Assembly (NCBI GenBank): GCA_000091205.1
Contig: AP006499.2
Length of the DNA: 64,000 bases
Reading direction: 5' to 3' (one strand)
DNA from: Cyanidioschyzon merolae
Taxonomy: Eukaryota
Positions 10,232 to 21,371 of this stretch are shown here, piece after piece. Below the pieces are notes generated by a model. The model worked only from the letters and a program-made list of their open reading frames with translations. It did not search any database and was not told the origin of the DNA. The position numbers and the translations under genes are program-made. Every line of letters begins with the position of its first letter. Within the stretch, counting starts at the first letter, position 1.

Positions 10232-11950
10232 ATGCGTGCTTGTGTGCGCTGCCAGGCACCAGCTCACGTGCACGAGCAGCACAAGCACTACCGACCCCTT
10301 ATGACGACAGAGTCTCCAGCGTCTGCTCCTGAAAATGAAGTGATCCAGGGCTCAAACGGTGTGCAGGATGATGCAGCAGCGGTTGAAGTGACTCGCCCTT
10401 CAATATACCCGCAGTCGCACCGTCCGCAACCGCGGGACGTGCCGCTGTCCTTCATCGACGAGCGCAACTTGTTGAGTGAGTTGAAAACATCACGTCTAGA
10501 GGGGTTTTATAACTTGAGTTTTCTCTTACTCGGTTTCGCGCTTTTCTACATGACAGTGCGCTCTATTGTCGAAAAGGGACTGCTCGTGGACTTTGGTGGC
10601 ATCTTGTTTCGTTGCCCAGCGTTCTTGTCCGATGTCTGGTTCGTTCTTCGATTCTCCGCAGCACTTTGGGTGTATTCTCTGCTTTTCTTCCTCTTAGTTT
10701 GGCTGGCTATGGCCCAGAAGCAATACAGTCGCCGTCGCTGGTTACAGCGGCTGCGCATCGCGCTTGCAGTCTGCGGCTACATCGCAGTCCAGGCGGTGTT
10801 ATACTGTGGAAGCACTTGGGTGCTCTGGCAACGACCAACGACACCAGCGCTCGGAGGATTCCTGACTCTTTGGGTTATTACGATATCGCTGAAAGGTCAC
10901 AGTTATTTCATCACAAATTGGTACCTGGCCGAGGAAGCGGAACGAGCTTGGCGAGAACGGGCGCGTCGCAAAAAGGAGACACCCGTCGATGCGCATGAGG
11001 AGCCCCCGCACTCTGATGTAGCGCTTGGTGACGCTACATCTGGTACCACGAAGACCTCGCCAACGGAATCAGATCGTCAGTCGTCGTCTGACATGCCTGA
11101 TTCAAGGGCGGGAACGCAGAGCCGGCCCCTGAAGCGGGACTCCTCGGTATCGAGCGATCTCTCCAGCACGATGAGTGTCGGGTTTTCGCGTGCAGTCCGC
11201 CAGAATCGATTGCGTGGCTTTCCGGCGAATGTGAATTTGGGAAACTTTGCATACTTCATGGTCGCGCCCACGCTGGTCTACGAGACGGAGTATCCTCGCA
11301 CGGAGCGTGTCCGCTACCGCTACGTTGCAACGATGGTAGGCGTCATACTGCTCTGTATCGCGACTCAAGTAGCGATCATGCAGCAGTTTATGCTCCCAGT
11401 TTTACAGGGACAATCGGCTGGTTATTCTCTGGTTTATCATGCAGCAAAACTTGCGATTCCGTCCATTATTGTATGGCTGTTGGGTTTTCTGTGGTTCTTT
11501 CACTGCGCGCTCTCGGCATGGGCAGAGCTGCTTCGCTTCGCGGATCGTCAATTCTATCAGGATTGGTGGAACGCCACGACTCTAGAGTCATTCTGGAACA
11601 AATGGAATATGCTTGTGCATGAATGGGCTTTGCGTCATGTGTTCATTGAACTTCAGTACAGAAGCAAGCGAGTGAGCAAGGCAGCCGCCGGCTTTGCAAC
11701 ATTCCTCGTGAGCGCTGTGCTCCACGAATACCTGTTCGCTGTCGCGTTCAAGACGATCAGCGTTGGTATGTTTCTGGGAATGATGATTCAGGTTCCGGGC
11801 ATCTGGCTTACGCGACACTCGTATTTCCAGGGACGGCGTCGCGGCAATCTGCTCATGTGGCTAATGCTCTTTCTGGGGCATCCGCTGGGCGAGTTGCTGT
11901 ACTTTCGGGCGTATTTTCGGAACCATCATAACTTCTTCTGTCATGACTGA
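10232..11950 (+). CDS. MBOAT-family acyl-CoA acyltransferase, DGAT1/ACAT (sterol or diacylglycerol O-acyltransferase) type
   Basis: FYQDWWNATTLESFWNKWNMLVHEWALRHVF matches the FYxDWWN motif of DGAT1/SOAT. AVLHEYLFAVAF carries the MBOAT catalytic His, and there are multiple TM segments. The track start (10139) is GTG; the first ATG is 10232, with an alternative at 10301 (MTTESP). Confidence 0.85.
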   Translation: MRACVRCQAPAHVHEQHKHYRPLMTTESPASAPENEVIQGSNGVQDDAAAVEVTRPSIYPQSHRPQPRDVPLSFIDERNLLSELKTSRLEGFYNLSFLLLGFALFYMTVRSIVEKGLLVDFGGILFRCPAFLSDVWFVLRFSAALWVYSLLFFLLVWLAMAQKQYSRRRWLQRLRIALAVCGYIAVQAVLYCGSTWVLWQRPTTPALGGFLTLWVITISLKGHSYFITNWYLAEEAERAWRERARRKKETPVDAHEEPPHSDVALGDATSGTTKTSPTESDRQSSSDMPDSRAGTQSRPLKRDSSVSSDLSSTMSVGFSRAVRQNRLRGFPANVNLGNFAYFMVAPTLVYETEYPRTERVRYRYVATMVGVILLCIATQVAIMQQFMLPVLQGQSAGYSLVYHAAKLAIPSIIVWLLGFLWFFHCALSAWAELLRFADRQFYQDWWNATTLESFWNKWNMLVHEWALRHVFIELQYRSKRVSKAAAGFATFLVSAVLHEYLFAVAFKTISVGMFLGMMIQVPGIWLTRHSYFQGRRRGNLLMWLMLFLGHPLGELLYFRAYFRNHHNFFCHD

Positions 11951-12625
11951 ATCGCAGATGCTGAGACAATGGCCCGCCTCCGCTGCGGCACCCCGATTTC
12001 ATCATGAGTTGGGCCAAGTTGCGCGCGATTCTCGCAAGCGTACACCGCATACAGCGCGTCTCTCATCGAGAGCATGCGCCCAGGTACCGTGCTGCACAGC
12101 GTCAACCGTCTCAAGCGACAAGCGCATGGCACCGAGGGCGCACGGCATCGTTATGCGTCGCAGTGTAGCGAGGCGCAGTTCGCTTGTTTCGCACTTGGAT
12201 GCGTCGTGGTCACCAAGTGTGCGCAGTTATCAGATGGCTCCATGAGAAACCGCCGCGGCGCACCGCGGATGCATGAATGCAGCACATGTATCGATGCAAG
12301 GTGCTTTCACCAAGTTTCTATTATTCGTGACCGCATATCACCATGCTGGGATCATTGCGATCCTGGTCGCTGACTTGGATATGTCGCAGGCTTGCAGCGT
12401 GTGTAATTGTGCGTCTGCGGCCGCTCCGAATTCTCCCAGTGACCTCACAACAGACCCATATCGTATGATGTGCTGTAGTGCAGTATTGCGCTGTATCTTT
12501 ACGGAGTAACGGACGTGTTGGACCGTGCTCTGTGAACGTGCGCGCTGCGTCCAGCGTAATCATGGCAATCACAAGGTTCTGTTTCAAGCATTTCAGGAGC
12601 GCGACCGCTGGTGTCGTGTTCGCGC

Positions 12626-13573
12626 TTAGCCCGGCGAGCGCTGCGATGCACCTGATGCGGTACCCGCTCGCTGCTGCTGCTGCTGCTGCTGCGCAGATGA
12701 GGCCCGGGCTGCAGCCTCAGGATCGGGCACAATCTGACCCTTGACGAGCCGGAAGAACTCCACCTCTGAGCCACCTGCGGCTGGAAAATGCTCCCAAGGA
12801 GTCTGAAAATCAAACGTTCGAAACTCTTGCGTGATCTCCAGCGGCTCGTATACGACGCGCTTCTCAACTTCATCATATCGAACTTCTTCGTACCCCGATA
12901 ATGGAAAATCTTTGCGTAACGCATGGTAGCTTGTTCCGTAATCGCTAAGAATGCGACGCAAATCCGGGTGATTCATGAAAAACACGCCAAACATATCGTA
13001 GACTTCTCGTTCGAACCAGTCAGCGCCTTTGAAGACGGAGGTTGCAGACTCGAGCGGGGTCAATTCATTGACGTGCGTCTGCACGCGGATTCGGGTATTG
13101 TAAACGAGAGACTGTAAATTGTAGACAACACGAAAGCGATCGGGCCGATCTGGAAAGTCGACACCACAACAGTCGATAAAGTGGCGGAAGCGACAAGTCG
13201 CGTGATCGCGTAAGAAACGCAACACCGGCACAGTGGCCGTTGGCGGCACTTCGAGGACCAGCTCACCCCCCGAGTTCACGTCATGGCCGTGGTGAATGTA
13301 TACAGCTGATATGAACTTGGGAAGCATCTCTACGATTGAGGCTGCAAAACGTTTCTGGGACTCCAACCGCAGAGGTTCGCTGTGTTCGGGACCTGCGCGG
13401 TATACCGGGTCAGCTGAGCGCTCCCTGTTCAACTCATCTGAAGTAGTGCTTCGTTGCCGAAAGCCCAGCGTGCCGTGGCGTACGGGCAGTACCGTACTCC
13501 TGGTTAGCGTATGCAACCAAAAGCGCCCAACCATTCCGCGGTGCGTTAAGAGCGCGCGCCACAGCTGTACCAT
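12626..13573 (-). CDS. NDUFS3: NADH:ubiquinone oxidoreductase 30-kDa subunit (NDUFS3 / Nad9 / NuoC), nuclear-encoded with N-terminal presequence
   Basis: ELTPLESATSVFKGADWFEREVYDMFGVFFMNHPDLRRILSDYGTSYHALRKDFPLSGYEEVRYD is the conserved NuoC/Nad9 core. The N-terminus MVQLWRALLTHRGMVGRFWLHTLTR is an R-rich, amphipathic presequence. The C-terminus carries a (Q)7 run from (CTG)n at 12671-12690. The track start is TTG; the first ATG is 13573. Confidence 0.85.
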   Translation of the reverse strand: MVQLWRALLTHRGMVGRFWLHTLTRSTVLPVRHGTLGFRQRSTTSDELNRERSADPVYRAGPEHSEPLRLESQKRFAASIVEMLPKFISAVYIHHGHDVNSGGELVLEVPPTATVPVLRFLRDHATCRFRHFIDCCGVDFPDRPDRFRVVYNLQSLVYNTRIRVQTHVNELTPLESATSVFKGADWFEREVYDMFGVFFMNHPDLRRILSDYGTSYHALRKDFPLSGYEEVRYDEVEKRVVYEPLEITQEFRTFDFQTPWEHFPAAGGSEVEFFRLVKGQIVPDPEAAARASSAQQQQQQQRAGTASGASQRSPG

Positions 13574-15675
13574 TTTCGAAGCAAACGCCACACACCGTGC
13601 AGTCTTCTCTGTCCTGCTCACAAACAAGTTGGTTGGTCGAAACAAACCGCCAGTACGTTAAGTTTGGTATCGACGGTGGCGACCCAGAACAACGCACCTG
13701 CAGGAGAATTCGTGAAGCGTTGCGCGCTTGAACGCAATGTCGATTCGTGGTATGGGATCGTTGATACGAGGCAGGCGGTGAACAAATAGTTAGATAGATA
13801 ATTAGTTAGTTAGAGCGTCATGAGTGCTTGTATCGCTGGATGGTACCACAGCCATGATCGAGCTGATGCTCGTGAAGCGATCTATGTTGCTTCTTCGGCA
13901 GAAGGTGTATATCGACGGGGGTTCTAAGTTGCACGCTGGACATCAGCGATCGGGGAAAAACGTCCATCGTTCCACCAACCTTGAAATTCCAATCATCATT
14001 ACGCTCACCAGCGATAACGGTCATTTTGTACGTTCAGTCGTGCGTCGGGCCTAGTGTGAGCGACCGCAAATGGCCCCTCTAGCACCTGTGTGGAAGGAGC
14101 ACGGAGATAGAATCCATATCCCAGGCAGGTAATGGTGTCGGCTCGAGGCCCGGTTCATCGGACGCGGGTTTGGGAGTGATCGTCGACGGGTGCTCCGGCA
14201 GTCTCCGGGAAGCGACTAGGTGCGTTTCAGCAGACCCCAGCGGTACATGCAACGCCGTCGCAAGCTTCTGCAGAAAGTCTGGCAGCTGAAGAATGCCGCG
14301 TTGATCAGGTCACGACGTTTTTCGTAGGATACTGGACGTGAACAAGCGGAACGTGGATTTGTCCGGTAAGGAGCAAAGGTCACTTCCCTGGCTACAAGCA
14401 GCATGCACGGATGGGTTAGCGTTCTCGTTCAATACATTGGTGCTACGCTTGCAAACGAAACGCTAGCATTTTCCGCTCCTCACATGCTGCATACATGGAG
14501 CACACGGCAAACGAGCACGAACGAAACGCCAGCATCACCATAGCACTCCGCTCGTGTGGCACTCTCTAGGATGCACATTGATCTCGCATCATAGCAAGGG
14601 TGCCGCTTGGGATCCCTGGTTCATCTCATCGATTGCTCACCATGAACGAAACATGGATCTCGGGGAGTCGGTCGTAGACAAGTATTCGCAATGCCGGGAG
14701 CCCGCCGGCCATGCAGATGCAGTACCCCGTACGTCTGGGATGATCACGAGATCCGTTTTCATGTGGGCGTCTGTCATGCTTCATTGCGGGTATCTCGTGC
14801 CTCTTTACCATGCGGCAGTGAGGCATCCGGTGTACTACCCGCTCATACCGGAGCGCGACCTATCGAAACGTACCGAGAACAAGAGCCAAGGTTACTGATA
14901 GCATGACGCAGCGCGTCACCATCTGTGTCAACGACGACAGGTGACCCCTGCTTCACACTCGTGCAGCTGTTGCCATCGATTTTGGTACCATACATTCGAT
15001 GGGTACCGCGGTTGCTTGAACACATCGCGAAGGATACATGAAGCGTTGACACCATGCAGTCGGAACACTTCCTCGACACTGGCGGCGTGGTCGTTCTCCA
15101 AACCGGAATCGATCCACTTGGGATGATGGTGTCGGCGAGTCGCCGCTGCCGGAGGTGCTGCAGCAATTTTGGCGCTTCTGGTATCCCAAAAGCGACACGT
15201 CCTAGACGGCATTGTGTTGCTCTGGTGGAGGCACCGTCGTCAAAAAGCGCATCCTGCCTGGTTCCGTGCATTTCAGGTCGCTCGGCGTTGCAGTCGAGTC
15301 GAGAGAATGCCCAGAACTGTGGCGACTTTCCCATGTACCGGATGCGTATTCGTGTACACGACCATGAACCTGGTGCGACTGAAACACCACGCTCATTCCG
15401 TATGGACTATGAGACTCAAGACAGACCCGAATGATACACATGGCACTGAGGTCTACGATTTCATCCGCATGGACATGTGAAGCATGTGCGAGATCAAGCA
15501 ATCGTTTTTTTCCAGGGACGCTGTAGCACCGCTGGATCAAGGTCGATCCCCAACTAGGCGTGCGAACGCTATCGAGCATGCTCCACAAGGTTCATCGAAA
15601 ACAACCTCTGCACCATGAATACAAGTAGAACATGCAGATCCTACACTTGCGGCTGAACGGAAACGCTGAACGCCC

Positions 15676-16455
15676 ATGGACGATGCACCAAAATACTCGT
15701 CAACGATTGGTTGCTTGTTGTTGTTGTTCCTGCTGCTGCTTCTGCTCCTTTATTCACGTGGACGTTGCGAGACCGGCGTTTGGAAGACGCGTCCTCTCCG
15801 AGCGATGGAAACCTATGGTGCTTGCGTCGTCGGCCTTGCACCAGAATGTTTGCAGCCGCTGCCCAACATGAGTGGCAAGTTTATGGGGGCACTCTCGGTA
15901 CCGACGCTCGGGACTGAAAACTCCAACGCGACGCCATGTGCGAAACCCGTTGTGCTCGCAGTGTGGAGGGCGGCTCCGCAGCCGCTCGTGCACGTACCAA
16001 ACTGTTGCAGAGCTGACGTGTTTCTCTCGTTTGACCAGGGCGCTTCCTGGGTTGCAGCCGCAAGCCTGGACCCCGGGCAGAACTCTTGTCTGGTGGTGAT
16101 TCCGGCAGCGTTTCTGGAACAGACTTGGCGTAGCTCTAAAGTTCCAGGCCACGCTATTCTTCAAGTTGGTATTAGTGTAGAAGATGCCAGTGTTGTTCCA
16201 CGACCTGCTCAGGCCACCGGACTCACCCAGGTGGGTTTCGGGGAACATCCGCTTGCCGCCACCGCAGCCGGTACCGGTGTCGTGCCGCCGGGTTTACCGC
16301 AGGCGCTGGCGCGCGACCTCTACCAGTTTCTGCATAGCTTTGATACGACGTTACCAGAGCGTTGTTCTCCTCTGCTTGATCGATGGCTGAAGCGTGTCGA
16401 GCGTCGCTTCGAAGCCGATCCCTGCTGGTGGCGACGCGTGGGGCAAAACACCTGA
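15676..16455 (+). CDS. hypothetical secreted/membrane protein with N-terminal signal peptide
   Basis: A true ATG at 15676 is followed by LLLLFLLLLLLLYSRGRC (a Leu-run signal peptide from (GTT/GCT)n at 15715-15745). The 259-aa ORF has no recognisable domain. Confidence 0.35.
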   Translation: MDDAPKYSSTIGCLLLLFLLLLLLLYSRGRCETGVWKTRPLRAMETYGACVVGLAPECLQPLPNMSGKFMGALSVPTLGTENSNATPCAKPVVLAVWRAAPQPLVHVPNCCRADVFLSFDQGASWVAAASLDPGQNSCLVVIPAAFLEQTWRSSKVPGHAILQVGISVEDASVVPRPAQATGLTQVGFGEHPLAATAAGTGVVPPGLPQALARDLYQFLHSFDTTLPERCSPLLDRWLKRVERRFEADPCWWRRVGQNT

Positions 16456-17039
16456 GTCGGCATGGTGTTCACGTGGATACGCAGATGCTAGAGCATGGTG
16501 TGCACTGCGGGAACAGGTCATACTTGGAGGTGTCGACGCTTGCAATGCTAGGATCGTTGGTCGTCGCTGTCAATGAGCGATATCCGCGGGACTGCTTGGC
16601 TGGGCGATGTCACCAAGCTTTGATGAAAGTTTTTCCTCGAAGCGAAAATTTTTTATATAAATACACCGGATAAAACCCAAGTGGATCGTGTCTACAACGC
16701 TGCTGCTGGCGCAGACGAGGCAATGCTCTGGCATCAGAGGCCTTAGTATATGACAAGCAGCGGGAAGTAGCGCGGGTTTTCATGGGTACGCTTCACGCCG
16801 GTGGTATCACGAACGATCATCCCCGGCGTCTGTGGGAAGAGATGGATATGGCTGGGCGGCAGAGATGAGCTGCGCGTATCATGATACCCATGGCAGCGTA
16901 AAATGGAATGCCTCACGAGACCAAGTAGACCGTTCAGGTTCAAGTTTGGCGCTCGATCCGATTTCTTCTACAGAACCGTATCTGCCGGCTTTTTGAGTAA
17001 CTGCTTGTTTTTTCTCGTTAAATGCCGACTGCACCCACA

Positions 17040-17290
17040 CACACACCGGGCTCTTCTTTCGCTCCAGTTTCGGGGCGAAAAGTCGAAGGATGTGGATCGG
17101 AGCGTTCAAGTCCCGATTTAGCTACTTTTGGCCGTTGTTTACGCAAATCACACGCAGGTAGAAGCAGCTATCTCCGCTTCGCTTATCATTTCCATCTCGT
17201 TTGTCGACAGTCTCGACGCACTCCGCGCAGCGGTGACATGTAGCTGTTGGCATTGGGTCCTATACGTCTACGAGACCTGCTGCTACGTGC
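17040..17290 (-). mobile_element. TnpB/Fanzor-like relic, subfamily 2 (3'-terminal fragment)
   Basis: Minus-strand reading gives ...TCHRCAECVETVDKRDGNDKRSGDSCFYLRVICVNNGQK*LNRDLNA (CxxC zinc-ribbon remnant plus a RuvC-III-like NRDLNAxIN). The nucleotide sequence is homologous to 31920..32130 (agcgttcaagtcccgattt(a/c)gctactt, gcttcgctt(a/g)(t/c)catttccat..gtt.gtcgac, gcggtgacat). Confidence 0.5.
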
Positions 17291-18399
17291 ACTGCGCCGT
17301 CGCACCTGAACGTTTACTTGATCGAACGGTACATTCTCGTGATGAGTACAGAAGGTTAACCTCTGTGCCTTGCTCCGTTTTCGCGACAGGTGTCGTCAAC
17401 GACGACCACGGGCATCCAGCGGGCTATCCGTTCGGCGCGTACGCTGTCCGCAGCAGGTGCAAGCGCTCACCGTTCCATTCCATAGAGGACTTGAGGAGCG
17501 CGATGCTTTCCAGGATAAAGCAAGTACCTGAAGCAGAATCCAGGCTGAGGAACAAGTCGAGCATTTCGATTTGTCTACGCTCTCTTCCTGCAAAGCAGTG
17601 ATACGTTCGCCGCAAAAAGCGATCGCTGCGCTGACTCAACCCCGAGTTTAAGGTCCATTTCTATGCCAGTAGTAGAGACGACAGCCTCTAGGCGCATATA
17701 CAATGCGAGGTATCATGCTGCTGATGCATTGCATTTCTCTGATGCCTCTCAAGTGAGGGGGATGTTCGTTTCGAACGGAATCGATTGGTTGAAGTAAGAC
17801 GTTTGGTGAATGTTCCGGATGGTCTGGTGGATCATTCGTCAAGGAACGAAACGTCCGGTACGTTTCTTCGTCCGTGGAGCCGTGCGAAGGGCTTCGCCAA
17901 CGATTTCGCTTGAAACACGAAGATCGGGAGCTTGGAAGCCGCGTGCTTTCCGCATACTGTACATAAGGAAAGGAGAAGAGAGCAGGCCTTTGCGTTGGAA
18001 TTCGGTGGTGGTACCACTTATCTTACGTACCGTATTACGAGAGCCCCGCGAATAACGTTGAAGACGGTTGGATAACGAATCCAGTGGCAAAGCGTCGACG
18101 CAGCTACTTCGAAACCTGATTAAGAAACCTACACTACGATTGCATTCCAAAGCACTTATAGTCTCTCATCTCAAATTCGTTTTACCCCCCAGGTGCATGT
18201 CATCAAATTCATTTTCGTGGTTTATAGCAAATATGTTCGAAGTGCTCTCATTTGGAAGAAATAGAAAATCCATGGAAAGGGGCGGACCTGGAAGTCAAGG
18301 ATCCTGCAGGCTCGATGTCGCCGGGTTCAACAGCTTTTGGAAAAAAATCCTCTTCTTGGCAACCATAGAGCGAAGAAGAACAAGTGACGGAGAAGAACA

Positions 18400-18740
18400 A
18401 GAAGGGAGATAGGTGAGAAAATGTATTCGTCCGAAGTGACGATGACGAGACTTTAGTGTCACAGAAGACGCGAGTTCTAGGAATCCTCCTATCGCTGAGT
18501 TCAACCAACGGCAGGAAACGCATTGAGTTCGTGAACCGAGACTTTAATACCGCCATCAATATCAGACGATGTGTGGCGTTGGAGACGAGTCCCGAAGAAC
18601 CAAGGCAATGCAACTTCATGATGCAGCCTCTGACGCTCGTCGTACGACTGGATACACCGAGGCCGATAGCAGGCGGCCGGGGGAAAAAGACTGCGAAGCG
18701 TTTGCGGAACAGTATGTATACACTTACCGTTCAGGATCTT
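18400..18740 (+). mobile_element. TnpB/Fanzor-like relic, subfamily 1 (last ~35 codons plus conserved 3' non-coding module)
   Basis: The plus-strand ORF reads QKTRVLGILLSLSSTNGRKRIEFVNRDFNTAINIRRC (motif at 18528..18569). Downstream ~170 nt (gatagcaggcggccggggg..aaaaagactgcgaagcgtttgcgg..gtatgtatacacttacc) aligns with the 3' regions of the 21.5k, 36.6k and 46.1k copies. Confidence 0.55.
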
Positions 18741-20513
18741 AGGGCGTTGTCCGTTTTCACTCATCACATATTGCAGAGCGTGGTATTTCAAGCCTGCACA
18801 GCGATCAACATTTCGGCTAAAAATCGAAAGGCAAACATCGCGCGAGCTCCATGGTCCCCCAGTTTCGTCTCGTACGAGTGTAGACACGTCCTCTGGACTT
18901 GATGCAGAAGCAGCCGATATCGATAAGCGACACCTGTACAGCACTTGGAGCCTCACGTGTTCTGGTTGAAGCTGATCGTGCACATGTCCACGCATCTTGC
19001 TAGAGAAGGCATCATCGAATAGATTTTCACCGCATCCATACACCTGCTCAGATGATGCAGGTTCTCCATGAGCGTGCATCTGTGCTGCGCAGACACATCG
19101 CGTCTCGAAAAGAAACACAGGCGCTGCAATCAAGTGCGGATCTGAGGATTGCTGGACAACACGAATCGATGCAGGACCTCGGAGCCATTAGCTCGCAGTT
19201 CAGATTCGGGACCCAGCGACGGCTTGTACCGACATCGATTACCGAAAGATATGTGCATGGCGATAGCTAGACTCGGAAATGCAGGAGGAATCGGTATGTG
19301 ACGTTCTGGAGAACGACCTGAAGCGGAATCGAATCATACCAATGTCTGAAGAGACTCTTGTCGAACGGCGGTCCAGTATGACGTGTCACGGGTATGCAAG
19401 ATCATCACGTGATTGGTTTCTTGTGCAGATCCATTGAAAATATCGCATGGAGATGAAGAGCGAGCGTAAAGAGGCAGCCATGCATCAGTCGAGCGCAGGC
19501 CACGAGCGCTACCCTGGAAGGCCGGGTCGCCGACGCAGCACCACAAGCTGCACTCCACGCCTGGCAGCCATTCTATGCCAGTTGGTGCAACATCGCCAGC
19601 ATCCTGGCTCATGGGCAAAGTCTCGGTTGCATAGTGATGTCCAGGCGAGCCGGATTCGCTGATCGCCTCCAGCTGGCAGTACCAGACGCCGATGCGACGT
19701 GTAGCGCCCTGCATGGAAATGCCCAATCCATAGACATTTTGCGAGTCTCCAAATCGCACCGGGAAACATGTCCGCCGTTTAGGGTTCTGTATTTTTCATG
19801 GGGCGTGCCCAGTGTGTCGAACCTGAGCCCCCTGGACGTGTGATTCCTAACTGCGACCAGTAACGCATTCGCGGTTCGAATAGAGAGCTTTTGGGTTTTC
19901 ACAGAGCCCGGGCATGTGTCACACAGCCGGAAATGTGGTATGCATCCACTTTGCGACGTTCCAGGATCCAGAACATGCCATTGGCGCTTGCTGCGATGCA
20001 TTGCTCTGTAGCGCCACCGCGATCACTGTCCAGGGACAGCGCCGCTTTTCGGTGCTCCAATGGAGGCGTCGGCTCGAGGTAAATTCCTCTGTATTGGAAG
20101 CAAGCAGCGTAGATTCTGTGAAATGCCTCCATCGTGACGCTACGGCCGTTCAAGTGCGCTCCGCTCCTGACGCGAATCCCTATTCGGTATGCATCCGTGG
20201 ATTCCCAGTTGCGAATCGCGTCAGCTGCGGTTCCACTGCATCACACCTCTCAAAAAGTGATCGGGGTTTACGAATGGGCGTTTTTGGCCAGCGATAACAA
20301 GCTGTTGAGATTCATACGAATGCATCCCGTTCTTCAGTCCTGGGGCTCATAGTGAACATTCAGCGAGTGCCCGGTGCCAGGTACGGAAGCCAAGGACGGT
20401 CGAGTCGGCAACCAAACGCGCTGCTTTGAAGGATCCACTCGCCGAATGAATCGTCATCAAATCGCATTCCAGTTTTGATGTCGTTGCCGTCTGAGTCGAC
20501 GCTTTACGACCGA

Positions 20514-21371
20514 TCAAGCGAAGGCATATGCCTGGAAACGAAGTTTCTCAGCGAGGTACCGATTCGCCGCAAGAATACCTCTACCGTCGAGAATGAACTG
20601 CGCTCCGTTTGGCAAGAGACAAACACCACCAGCTTCCTCGACAAGCACTTGACCAGCGGCGAGATCCCAGGTATACGGACCCCATTCCGTGACCACATCG
20701 AAACGTCCACAAGCGACGAAGGCCATATTCAGGGCGGCACTGCCGGTGCTTCGAACCGCTTGGGTGCCGTTCTCGAGGATAGATCGCACCATTTCCAGCA
20801 TCATGGCGACTTTGGAGGCGGAGCGATCACTACCGTATTCGGTAGCAATACATGCATCGGGGAGTTCGCTCACACCGCTACAGAAGATCGGCTTGCCGTT
20901 CAGAAACGCCCCTCGACTGCGGCGGGCAACGAACATCTCCTCCATGATGGGGTTGTACACAACGCCCAGTCGAGCTTGACCTTCGGTGATCAACGCAATA
21001 GAGACAGCACATAGCGGAATATGGTGTACGAAGTTGGCCGTGCCGTCGATCGGGTCGATTGCCCAGGTCGGCGGGTCCAAGTCTTTGACCTGGAGGCTTT
21101 CAGGGCGCCCGTCGAAACCCTCTTCCCCGAGCACTCTGTGGCCCGTACCGTACCGCTCCAGGATGCGCCTTCGGCAGAGCTCCTCGACAGCTCGGTCAGT
21201 TTCTGTTACCGGATCCGTACGTTTCTTAACGTCGTATGCCGTGTGGTACCCGCCCACTGGAGCAGTTCGGAACGGCCAGTCTTTGAAGAAAGCCTGGCGA
21301 ATGAGCTCGCCGCACTCACGAGCCAGTGCTTCTGCGAAAACAAGTGCCTGATCCAGCTCCGACTCGAGCAT
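20514..21371 (-). CDS. inositol monophosphatase family protein (IMPase/FIG superfamily)
   Basis: PVTETDRAVEE, WAIDPIDGTANFVHHIP and VVTEWGPYTWDLAAG are the canonical IMPase metal-binding motifs. The track start 21539 is TTG; the first ATG (MLESELDQALVFAEALAREC) is at 21371, which matches the usual IMPase N-terminus. Confidence 0.85.
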   Translation of the reverse strand: MLESELDQALVFAEALARECGELIRQAFFKDWPFRTAPVGGYHTAYDVKKRTDPVTETDRAVEELCRRRILERYGTGHRVLGEEGFDGRPESLQVKDLDPPTWAIDPIDGTANFVHHIPLCAVSIALITEGQARLGVVYNPIMEEMFVARRSRGAFLNGKPIFCSGVSELPDACIATEYGSDRSASKVAMMLEMVRSILENGTQAVRSTGSAALNMAFVACGRFDVVTEWGPYTWDLAAGQVLVEEAGGVCLLPNGAQFILDGRGILAANRYLAEKLRFQAYAFA

